Positions 36,345-47,900 of a stretch of 64,000 bases of DNA are shown here, one piece after another. The position numbers were made by a program, and so were the translations under genes. How positions within the stretch are numbered: position 1 is the stretch's first letter; each line of letters opens with the position of its first letter. Source of the DNA: Neoechinorhynchus agilis (lineage: Eukaryota > Animalia > Acanthocephala); NCBI GenBank assembly GCA_051530055.1, contig CM121342.1, forward strand, positions 9,501,480 through 9,565,479, in the 5' to 3' direction. Below the pieces are notes generated by a model, which was not told where the DNA came from, did no database searches, and saw only the letters and a program-made list of their open reading frames with translations.

Positions 36345-37572
36345 GTTTATCGACCTTTAAGTGCTCGTTACTTCAACTGCCGTTTGGGCTTATTATATGG
36401 CTCCTTTGCCTCACTCTCATCTTCAAGCCTTAGGATTAAGACATTATCTCTCGTCGAATCCTTGAGAAATAATGGCATTAACCTGTGGGACTTTCTTGAC
36501 TGCTTGTTCGGCAAATTCACTCAATCAGGTAAAAGATGATCGAAATTTCGACCTTCTAAGTCTCTTTTAACGGAAGACAAATGGTTTGTTATTAAAATTT
36601 AGAGACTGAGGAAAAATCATCTTTAATTATACGATTTTTTAGAATTTTTATATGCGGCTCAGCCGGTAGTCTTTTGATAGATTTTTTCAATACACGGCGG
36701 AGTGGACACGCAGTCCACCGATTTCGGTCTGGAAAGCGCTGGTCTGCGCTTAATGCCTCGAGACCGTACGGTTATGAGTTCGTAAATCCCTCCGGATTCT
36801 CAGATATCTCCCGTGGAGGCGGGACTCATCAGTGAGTTTCCTCTTCCCATCAACGAGGTATTTGGTCCCCTTTGGTTGTCCGTCATCGGCGATAACGGAT
36901 TCGAACCAGTTGATCCTTAACTGGGATCAAAGGCATTAGTCCACTTGACCATCTCAGCACAACTACGGAATGTACAAACTTCGCCACTTTAGCCTGGACA
37001 AGCTTTTTCGATTTTTTAGAATTTTTATGTGCCTCAGCCGGTAGTCTTTTGATAGATTTTTTCCATACACGGCCGAGTGGACACACAGTTTATTGATTTC
37101 GGTATGGGAAGCGCTGGTCTGCGCTAAATGCCCCAAGACCGTACGGTTATAAGTTTGTACATCCTCCGGAGCCTTTTTCCTTACAGGAAATATCCCGATC
37201 AGAATTATTAGATTCTGATAGATATTCTTTTCTTCCACGATACACGGCTTAATGTGCACACAGTCCACCGATCGGAATCCAGGCTAATGTATGGCGAAGA
37301 TTGTACATTCCGTAGTTGTGCTGAGATGGTCAAGTGGACTAATGCTCTTGATTCCAGTTAAGGGTCAACTGGTTCGAATCCGTTATCGCCGATGACGGAC
37401 AACCAAAGGGGACCAAATAACTCGTTGATGGGAAGAGGAAACTCACTGATGAGTCCCGCCTCCTCCGGAGATATCTGAGAATCCGGAGGAATGTACAAAC
37501 TCTTAACCGTACGGTCTCGAGGCATTAAGCGCAGACCAGCGCTTCCCAGACCGAAATCGGTGGACTGTGTGT
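36345..37572. mobile_element. Cluster of three SINE-like copies: B (36345-36997, minus), partial B2 (37010-37170, minus) and inverted C (37211-37572, plus)
   Basis: Direct sequence identity with 16419-17140. B and C form an inverted pair. Confidence 0.75.
37320..37390 (+). pseudogene. tRNA-like head of the SINE (A and B boxes, possible Trp-CCA origin)
   Basis: GCTGAGA-TGGTCAAGTGG...ATT-CCA-GT...GGTTCGAATCC. The acceptor stem does not close, so this is not a functional tRNA call. Confidence 0.5.
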
Positions 37573-37690
37573 TAATTATACGAATTTAAAGTAGCACTTC
37601 TCAAGGAGACTGGATTTTTTAATCAGTTGGTCGATTGTCAATTGATTTCTCATCCACGTGTTTTTTCGGTTGTTTTTAATTGATCAGAGT

Positions 37691-37790
37691 TATATTTCGG
37701 AGTTTTGCCCCTTCATCAAGGTCCTGAAAAACACGGGAAGGACCCGGACGCGAAGAAAGGGTAAAACTCCGAAATATCACTAAAAAACAT
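37691..37790. repeat. Inverted pair of hammerhead-like pLTR fragments
   Basis: Minus TTGATGA-A-GGGG-caaaa-CTCC-GAAA-TAT and plus gaagaa-aggg-taaaa-CTCC-GAAA-TATC. Confidence 0.45.
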
Positions 37791-38109
37791 TAAGCGGATT
37801 TATCAAAAAGCACAGAATCCATTTCGTTGAATTTTGTTGTCTTGATCGTAAGATTTGCAATCTTGGTTTGCTTAAATAAGGACAATCGAAAAGTTATTTA
37901 AACAAAGATACGAGTCTTAAAATACAATTAATCCTAAATCTACTTTTCGATTATCACGGGAAAAATGCTGATAATGTTTTAAAAAGCCCAATGGCGTCCT
38001 CGGTAACCGAGAAGTGCACTGTTAATTTTTAAACTACAAATTGGAAGTGGTCAAATGGTTGATCGCATCAATACTACATTCGATTAACGATAAATTAAAT
38101 TATCCTTAG

Positions 38110-38961
38110 CTCTTTGAAATGCCATATGACAGTCAAATGGAAAGGACCCGAAACCGAGTTTTAGTCGATGGTCGACATATCAGGTACTCACGTCGTTTTT
38201 ATTGTTTAAATTAATGCCAATTTAATTTAGTCCATTCGCTGCATGGAACTTCGGAGTGACCACTGCTGCATTAGGAACTTCAATTCTATATGCGACCACA
38301 TCCCCGACCACCTCTATCCTTGGACTTTCAAACGTTTTCCTTTACGCGTTCGTTTATACTCGGCTAAAGAGAACCAGTACCACAAATACATCAATCGGTG
38401 CTCTCGTTGGGGCAGTTCCTCCAATGATGGGATGGATGGCTCATTCCACGATGCTCCAAATGCCTCCTCAGATCGCTTTTGGTTTGTTTTATTTAAAAAA
38501 ATCAACTCATAATCGTTTTTCCTGTCTAGGCGGCATCACACTTTCTCTTCTTCTATACTTTTGGCAGTTTCCACACTTCAACTCACTGAGTTGGCAACTG
38601 CGATCCGAATATTGTCCCTCAACTGGTCCTATGACTAAGAGAAATTCTTCACAGGACCAGTTACCTTAGAGCAGGATACTCAATGTCCTGTATAGCAAGT
38701 CCGAGAAATTGTAAAGTCCTTACATTGCTTCATTCGGCTGCTTTATTGCCACTTTGCGGTCTTGCACTTCCAGCATTCGATATTACTACCTGGTACTTCG
38801 TTGCGGATTCGATTGTTTTTAATCTTCTTATGCTACATATGTCACTTACGTTTTTAAGAAAATCAAACGCTCAATCGGCTAAAAGCTTGTTTGTAGCTTC
38901 TTTATACTACCTTCCAACTATAATGATGATCTCAATTATTAATGCTCATGTACTTAAATAA
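38110..38961 (+). CDS. COX10: Protoheme IX farnesyltransferase (heme O synthase); first exon(s) not located
   Basis: LFEMPYDSQMERTRNRVLV, NVFLYAFVYTRLKR..TTNT.IGALVGAVPPMMGW, YFWQFPHFNSLSW and RAGYSM. Two canonical introns (47 and 48 nt) and one atypical break at about 38609-38669. Confidence 0.87.
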
Positions 38962-39431
38962 GACCGCTTTTTGTTTAAATGAAGGGGATTTTCATTGAGG
39001 AGATTACTTTTTTGGATGAAAAGGTCTTTTGCCAAGGCTTCTCAATCAACTCACTCCAATATCCTTTTTGTCTTTACTTATTTCAATTTCAAATTTAATC
39101 GTTTTCAGTAACCTTTAAAATGGTAGAAATTTTCTTATCGTTGTTTTGCCGAAATTAATATCACTGGTAAGGTTCATTTTCCAAGACCAATCGAACAATG
39201 AAAAAACAAGCAAATCGTAAGTCGGTACGCCCTCTACCTAAGCGAGGGACGATAGTATGGAATCTAATCTCACTTAATAAATTCAGTGAATTTACCACAA
39301 ATTTTTAAAAATACACCGTCCGTTTCAAATGAAGATGGTGAGATGGAAGGTAAAATAACTAAACAGCACCTCATCGTCAATTTAGCGAAATGAAGTCCAT
39401 TTTTTTAAATCTGTGCAAATAACTTTTAGAT

Positions 39432-41745
39432 ATGCCCTTACGGTCTCTTCGACTATTGGTCATTTCCAAATTATGCGAAATCCCAGCATTTTCAAACTTT
39501 AAAGAAAGCAATTGGACTGACTTAATGAATCTTATAAGAATCCCTAAAAGTTCAATTGAACGCGGATCGATGCTTCTTAAACTATCAGATCTCATGAGTC
39601 AACCGTGATTTTTTTCTCTGATTCTTGTAAAAAATCGGTTGAGATAGAACATGGATACTTGGATAAAAAAGGAGTCGATACAATTAAAATGAATCCTCAT
39701 TTTTGTGACAAGCACTACCCTTACGGATATTTAAGATTTCCAATCGATTTACCAAAAACGTTTTCGAAATGCTACCAGCTTTGTTTTAAAACAATCAGTT
39801 TATTAGGACGGAACCTATGTTCAGAACTCGAGAACGATCGCTTCCTCGTAGAATTCGGTTCTCCAAATATTGCAAAACCTCTTCATCCTGGTCATATCAG
39901 ATCACTCATTCACGGTTCCTTTATTTTCCGCCTTATTGAAATGCTGAGTGAAACTCGAATGGTCAGTATTTGTTATTTTGGCGATTGGGGAAAACAGTTT
40001 GCAATTATCCTCGCCGGTTTAAAGTTTAAGCGCAGATTATCGGAGTGATAATCTGCTCTCGATAGAAAAACAAGGAATTACGTCCATTGAGAACTTGACG
40101 CTGGATGATATTGTGAACATTTACGTCGATGGAGTAAAATCGCCCGATATCGTTGCGAGAGCAGAGGCCGTTTGCGGTATTATGGAGCGTTCAGAGAATC
40201 CAACTTTCCTCAATTTTTGGAACGATCTAAAACGATTATCTTTAGCGCACTGCGGATGGATTTTTAAGAAACTTTCAATTAATTTTGACGTCTTTGAGTA
40301 CGAGTCGGATTATTTCTCTCAAGCTAATAAGTCCATTTGTGATCGATTATTGCTTAAGGGTCTTGCCAAAGAGTTTCCAGATGGCTCGGTCGTTTATGAA
40401 GGCAAAGAAGGTAAACTGATCATTAGAAGGAGCGACGGAACATCACTATATTTAATTCGTCTATCCTCAAATTTTCGACGATTTATTTATCTTAAATCGC
40501 ATACACTCAGGACCTTACGGAATGTCTTTTGGGATCCTTTTCGTTCTTTGGGAGCCTCATGAATAACTCACACTCATCGGAGGCGCTCAGCCGCACTCGA
40601 AGGGACAGGGCCAACCCACTTTTGGGGCCTATGGGCGATCTCAAACCTGACCCCTACCCTTACCGCAGCCGCTCAACCCCCCTCCCGTGGAACCCAGCGA
40701 CCAGTGGACTTGAACTAGCGATCAATCGAGCGCATTTTGAACGCGCACCAGTCGGCTATTTCGACGATGTATTTGTTGTATTGTAATTCGTCCCATGTTT
40801 AAAATTAAACCTTTTATACTCGTGTATTTGCATTCAAATTGATTTTAAAACATAATAATTTCTTAATCGTTGGTTTAAGGTGTGTTCCGATATTTTAGTT
40901 AAGTTCTTCATTTATCAATTATTTAGAAGAACATTTGTAAATTATAAAAATTGAAAGAAAATGATTTGAGGACAGACGGGACAAGTCGCGATATCGCAGC
41001 TTTCTTGAATCGAAAATCAAAGTATTCTTTTGACCGAATGCTTTACGTTTGTGACAGTGGACAACGACTTCATTTTTCTCGCTTACTTGAAATTCTTCAA
41101 CGGATGGGAGAGGCTCCTGTTGGTTGGACAGTAGACGACGTTCACATTGGATTCGGTAAAGTGATCAATTTCCGGACTAGAGCAGGGTCCAGCACACTTC
41201 TATCGGACGTCATCGAAGACGCTACTTCAGCAGCTAGAGATGCTGTTCATGATGAGGCGCAAGCGCAAGTATTGGCTTTAACTCACCTAATTTTGAACGA
41301 TACGCTCCGTCCTCGATTAAAACCTTACCGATTTTCGATCGATCAGCTTCAACATCATAAAAGTCTTGCGTTTCGAATCCAGTACTGCCACGCTCGTTTG
41401 TGTTCGTTATTGAACAAAAGTGCTCATTTATCCGAAAGCCCGACTGCCGAATCATGCGTTTTAACTAATGAACGTGAAGTATCATTGATTCACGAACTTC
41501 TCAGATTCGCAGACGTATGTCATCTTGCTTATCTAAGGAACTTTGAAGCTTATCTATTAACTCAATACACAATTGAACTGTGTTCAACGATAAATCGAAC
41601 TCTTGAAAGTCAATTTGTCATTAATGAGAACGATCAAAATGTTAAACTAGCGAGATATCAGTTGTTTCACATGAGCAAACAAGTCCTCGCTGAATGCATG
41701 AGACTGTTGGGAATTGTACCTCTTAGTAAAATATCAAAGCGCTGA
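39432..41745 (+). CDS. RARS2: Mitochondrial-type arginyl-tRNA synthetase, four exons
   Basis: VEFGSPNIAKPLHPGHIRS (HIGH), YFGDWGKQF, FDVFEYESDY, RSDGTSLY..RDIAA, LYVCD..Q.LHF, HIGFGKV and IQYCHARLCS. All three introns are hairpin-bounded. Confidence 0.9.
40500..40800 (+). mobile_element. GC-rich retroelement-like remnant inside RARS2 intron 3
   Basis: Composition differs from the flanks, and the ORF ends GYFDDVFVVL (RT YxDD-like). Confidence 0.3.
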
Positions 41746-41999
41746 TTTTTTATAATTAACGGCAGAATACGTTTTTCTCGTTGTTGTTTATTGATAAGAC
41801 AAAAAAATTCTGATTTAGTGGAAAATATTACCCTATTTCGAACAAAATATCTGTTAAAATGAATTTTGAAGCGTTTTTTCTTTTCAAAAGTTCCTACATT
41901 TCTTAAACCGGAACGTATCGATAACAAAAAGGCTTGGGTCCTCTGCCGAATAATCACGAAACTTCAATAACGATTATTTAACATTTACAGATAAAGAAC

Positions 42000-44900
42000 T
42001 TACACGGCTCTACAATTGGAAACCAACATCTCAAACCATTGGTACAATGAACATGCCAGCATTTCTGCGATTTCATTGACGTCTCGTACGGCGATATAGT
42101 AAGGGAATGGAAAATCGTCCATGACTGATTTAAACTCAACTTTCCCATCGATAAAATGTGCATGTTTCATCGTGAGTAAAGAATATTTTCGATCTTCATG
42201 ACAGTCCATCATTATTAAGAGAACAAAGATTCCATCGTCACTATTGTTCATGATCGTAGCAATAGTCCGTTTAACCTCATTGGGATTATCGAGTACGAGA
42301 CCATCTGAGATAACAACGAGTAATCGTTGACCGACGGAAAAAGTTTGTTGTGGATCAGCATTGAACATATTTCTGGCTTCTTGGAGCATCTCAACAAATC
42401 CACTCTTACGATCACGAAACGTTAAAAGATCCATCATCAACTGGCCGGTAGCTGCGTTAACTGGTCCATCTGCAAATCCATGAACGCATTGAACTTGATC
42501 GCCAAATGTCATAAATGCCACTTTCGCACCTTGAAGAAGTTCTAAAGATTGTGATACAAGAGCCACGGACTGAGGTACTATTGTCCGAACTCGTTCCATG
42601 CTTTTTGAATTATCTACTGCTAAAAGAACACGTACGTCTCTTATATCCGGACGAACACGCCTTAGCCAAATACGATCTTGTTTGAAATTAGTAGCCACGT
42701 ACGCCAAAACACGCCGCATGTTCAATCTGCGACCCGTTCGAAAATCTCCTTGTAACCGAGCGGCTTTTGTAGGTTCAAGAACAACTCGAAGTTTCTCAGA
42801 TAACTCGGAACATAGAACTTTAATCGAATCTACGGCTAACGACCAAGAAACATTTGAAGAAGTGTCATCAGTGATGGCGATTTCATCATTTTCAGCCTTT
42901 ATGTTTACAATATCAGCGTAATTTACTTTCTTCTTTTCACGTTCCTCGCCCATTTCTTGACGGCCATCATCGTCCTGTTTAAAATCGGGCTCTTCATTAG
43001 ATTGTCCAGTGTCTCCTAAACCATCGCCAACAAAATCCTCTTCCTTGTTTCCATACTCAAATTTGTCATTCACTTCTCCAAGATCACCTTCCGCGCCATT
43101 TACAACTTCATCAGTTACTTCTCCTTCCTCACCTCCATCTCCTTGTCCTTTACCGTCTAAACCTTCATCACTACCATCTAACATCAAGTCAGTATCGACA
43201 TCACTTTCGTCATCTTTAGGTTTACAAACATCCATTTCATCTGTGCCATCATCAGCTTCATTTTCTCCCATTAAATCATCTTCCTCGTTAACAATCTGAT
43301 CATCATTTCCTTCTCCCATAAATTCAGTATCGTCCGCTGCATTATCCTCAGCCAAGGCTTCTTGTTCGAAATCCGGCTCGCCTTGGTCAACATCCATAAT
43401 ATCACCCTCACCTTGATCCTTATCATCATTACTCTCGTCCTGCATGTCCCATAACCGCTCATCCAATACACCATCATCCCCAGCTCCATCAAGGTTCTCC
43501 CCAAACTCATCATCTAATTCTTCGTTAACTCCTTCTTCCAATTCCCCTTCGTTTTCATCGCCATCACCAAAATCATCATTCATTTCACATCCTTCAGCTT
43601 CGTCCATTCCCTCATTTCGAGCTTCTTCATCACCACGCAGACCTTCTATTTGATCCTCATACTCAATTTCCTTTGAAACGTCCTCGCCACCTTCTATCTT
43701 TTCGCAAGATGACATCCCTTGAGGATTTTTATCGTCTCCACACGCCACATCCATCATTCTCTCTTCTTCTACAGACTTTGTTACTTCTCTGAATAAATCA
43801 ATCAAATGGATTGAGCAAAGAATAGTACGACGATGTAATGAGTACATTAAGGGAAGAACGCATTGTTTCAAACATTCCTTGATAAATGATTGAATATCTT
43901 CTTTTATACTGCCTTCACGTTTTGAATCAGGGAGTCGAGGCAAAGTAACATTTTCGGAAATCCATTTAACAAGTACCTGGATCATTATTTTTAGTTCGTG
44001 TTCGCTGATAGTTTGCCACAATGGAGACGACTTGTTCGAATTCGAGATTTGGTCGTCTTTAGAGAAGGAACAATGTTCTATAATCCGGGACCAAGTCAGC
44101 AACCGCCTTCGCTGATCAATACATTCAAGAACGCAGTCTATTGCAAGATTAACCATTCGCTTTAGTCGATCTTTTCTTTTTACTAAAGTAGGCTTAACCG
44201 ACAAAAAGTGCTCGTGGCGGACATAAAGACACCAAAAAAGTCGATCAAGAGGAAGTAGTTGATCAATAAAAGCGCGGCCCACTTCAGCGATATCAACAAG
44301 GTTATATCTAGTCGTTTTCGCGGCGAAAACGCTCCTTGCTTCAGATAGAATATCATCAATCACTTTTTCCTTGCTGTCTATGTTGTTCGTGGTCATTTCA
44401 ATCAGTCCGGACAGTCCAATCATATCTTTTCGACGTAGTCCATCGATCACCGATACCATCAGTTGAACACACTTTGACTCTGTTGCACTCCTTTCCATAC
44501 TTAAATGTTTTGATCGATCAATGAGTTCGTCGATCTTTTCCAAATTAAAATCAGAATAATCGGTACTATCGATTTGTGGCACATCTTTTGCTATTTGAGT
44601 CAAAACACTTTCATTCAGCATATCTTTCAATCGGCGGACACAATGTAAGACCATGGATCGGGTTTTATGTGACCAAGAACGAAGAGCGTGGTAGTTTGAA
44701 ATCTTCGCCCAAGAACACGTTTTTACTGCTCCGTCTAACCGTTTTTCGAGTTCAGTTGTGTGCTCATTAATAAAATGCTGGACACTAAGTTCATACGATG
44801 CCCATTTGCGAACTGTATTGATCAATATACTCGAACGATGGCCGGATAACCGATAACATATCTCAATGATTTCACACCGCGTGTGGAAATCACCAACGGT

Positions 44901-47900
44901 AGATCCGCATACAAACTGCCTTATTGTTTCAAAAAGAGAGGGTGACTCGTCTTGGTGTGCATTTAGAAGCGAGTAAATTGGAAGCCAAAAGCGTTGAATC
45001 GGTTCAAAGCGTCTTAATTGACGAGAAACGCGGTCAAGCGCCGCAGGCCATGATTGTAGCTCAAGTTTTCGCCATTTTGCTATAAGCTCATAAATTTTGT
45101 TAACGTTACGCTTATCGAGTCGGTCTTCGTTACTCTTGTTCGATGTGAAGCTTTCAATCTTTGAACATAGTAGGTCAAGACCAATCAAGAAATCCGAAAG
45201 CGGACGTTGGACGTTCAAATTCAGAACCCTCTCACAAATGCTTCGAACATCTTCCATAAACGGATTTGCTACATCCATTTCCCGGGAAGGCAGTACGTAT
45301 TTGTGTATTTTCTCAACTAATGGAACACATAGAAAGGCTTCTTCGGGATTCGGATCTGTATAGAAATTCAAGGTCTTCGTTTTTATAGATTCGAGAAGAC
45401 GCAAGTTTTCGAGATCGAGGGAGAAATTCACAATCGATGGGTGATTGAATAATGATGATTGCCGATACTTTGCACTCGATTGACACAATGCATCGACGAA
45501 TTTTTGATACTCATCATTAGAGTTCATATTTTTCGGAGCAAAAGAAATGCTCTCATACAGTTCATATATGCACTGCTCATTGAATGCAACCTCTTTAACT
45601 TCAGGAATATCAGAATGTTCATCTAAGTTAATCTCTTCGTCCATCTCAACTGCATTCCGTCTTACGGCCTCATCCAATGTCATTCCGCACCATCTCTCCC
45701 ACCAATTTAGTAAACAGTCGATCAATCTCCGATGAGTGTTACTCACGAATCGATCTTTTCTAGTACATTTGAACAGTTTCACTAGCACTAAGAACAGCTT
45801 AAGATCACCTGAGGTTTTGAACTCATTAATACCGTTATTAGCAATTATTTCTACCCTTTCGGGTGATCTAAGTGGCCACTGATGACTGCAAGTGTCAATG
45901 AATCCATTAGATTTAGATTCGCTTTCTAATTTAAAGCAAACGTTTGCGAGGCTGAACATTATGGGACGAATAATGTCAGACAATCGGCCGTCAGAAAATT
46001 TGGATTCCAATTCGTCCATAAAAATCAGAATCATCGTTCGTCGATCTATGGTTCGGTTACAAATAATTCTTTGATTGAAATCGTTAAGAAATTTAATCAA
46101 ATCGATGAATTGACGTTTGCTTAAATCTTCGGGAACAGTACTACTTACAGGTCTGATCGTTTTCGGTAACACAGATTTAATTTCTAGTTCAAAGGCGTAA
46201 GGAATTACGATTCCGATCTCATGTATCGATATTTTAGAAACGAGTTCACAAAATATGTGAAGATATGTAATCAATACATTTCTAATCACACAGGTCATAT
46301 ATTCTGCACAAGCTGGATCGATCGTAATACGCGGTTCCGACAATCGCCGATAAAACTCAATCGCATCCTCATCAACTTTAAAGTGCCAAGGATCATCAGG
46401 ATCGCAATCGTATCTAGTGCCGGTCAACACAATGAGGTCATTCTTCACTGCATCGAAAGTTTCTCTCATCAAGCCATATTGAGCGATTGAACAATCGTAA
46501 AACAATTCTCGGCTTCGACTCACAAAGTCGTTTTCGTTGTCAACAAAACTGATCCGATTAAATGCATTGTTCAACCTGTACGCCATTGAGGTCTCGTTTA
46601 GACTTAAAACATCTCTTTTTGAACGAATAAATCCACGCAAAATCAATAAACGTTCATTAAATGTAAAATCTGCAATTTTTAGAGATTCGAGATTTCTATT
46701 GGCTAGAAGAGGAATAACTTTCGCTAAATGTTGGACAAAGGAACTTTCTGGGAGACTTTTAATCCGTTCGTTCGAATTGAGTTCGTGCAAAAGTCGTACG
46801 AATTGCCAATACTCCATCGTTCCATCATCGTGGTCGAGTTCTGTGCTGGTTATATCGAAGAATACAACTCGTTTAAGAAGCTCATCAGTTTGCTTATCGC
46901 ATTGTAGAGATTTCCAGTCAAACACGATTGCACTCGAAATCAATGAGAAGAGAATCGCGTTTTTTAAGGACTTACAATTAATTGATCCGTTCAGAAAATC
47001 GACAAATTTATGCTCAAGCGAATTATTTGCGTTCAATCTGCTAATAAAAACCGAAATCCAAATCTGAGCTACCATCTCACAATCCAATTCGTTCACTGGC
47101 TCAAACAAATCGGGATACACAGATTTTATTATCGGCTCGTCTTGTTTGAAGCTAGATAAATCCATTGATTTTAGAATTCGATTGGTACTTTTAACCAAAA
47201 GGTGATTGTCGCTTTTCGATAAAATCGATAGCATTTCCGGTGAGCATCTTTCAATGGCCAGGTAGCATTTAAAAACGTCACTAATTGTCTTTTCGCTTGC
47301 ATTAAATACAAACCATACGGGTCGTAGTTTCGCCAATAACTGATCACTCAATAGAAGCCTAAGGTTCACTGTACTCATAGAGCTTTTAGGTTTGGTATTA
47401 GTCTCCAAGCTTAGATACCGGCATTCTCGGACGCGGTCAATATCGACTTCATTGTGAATCATTTGAATTTCCATTGTTCGATTCTTTAAAGCAGCTGACA
47501 CGTTTCCATATTTTGGATCCATTGTAAGGAATATTCTCAGATTTGGATGTTGGCTAACACTTATTCCAGCTTCACTTATCCAGAACTCATTTTGGTCGAC
47601 TTCAAGAAGAGGATTTAATCTGTCTAAAACTGCAGTTGGGCATCGATTTGCGTTCCTTAATACGAGCCAGTGACCTTGTTCAATTGCTTCAACCAATGCA
47701 GATTTTACCCATTCAAATGCAGGTCGTTCATTTTGCGACGAAATCGTTTGCTCGTATGTGCCCAAAAGATCGAATGAATCTGACGAAGGCGAGAGAGACA
47801 CAACCTTAAGGTTCGCCAGTTCTCCATAAATTGCTGCTAGGGATTTTATCGCGCACAGTTTCCCGCAATTGGTTTTTCCGGTCAATAGAACAGGCCATTT

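Noticed and set aside
36060-36600. Long minus-strand frame with in-frame TGA/TAA codons, suggesting TGA read-through or a KAP-NTPase-like gene
   Set aside because: Midasin, TTC4 and TFIIB have no internal stops, and TGA, TAA and TAG all end genes here, so the code is standard. The similarity is too weak and half of the region is a duplicated repeat tail.
37320-37390. Functional tRNA-Trp gene
   Set aside because: The acceptor stem does not pair, the anticodon stem is mismatched, and it is embedded in a dispersed repeat.
40969-40986. Apparent duplication of the RSDGTS peptide (RTDGTS) in RARS2
   Set aside because: This stretch is the 3' arm complementary to the intron start, so the peptide resemblance appears coincidental.
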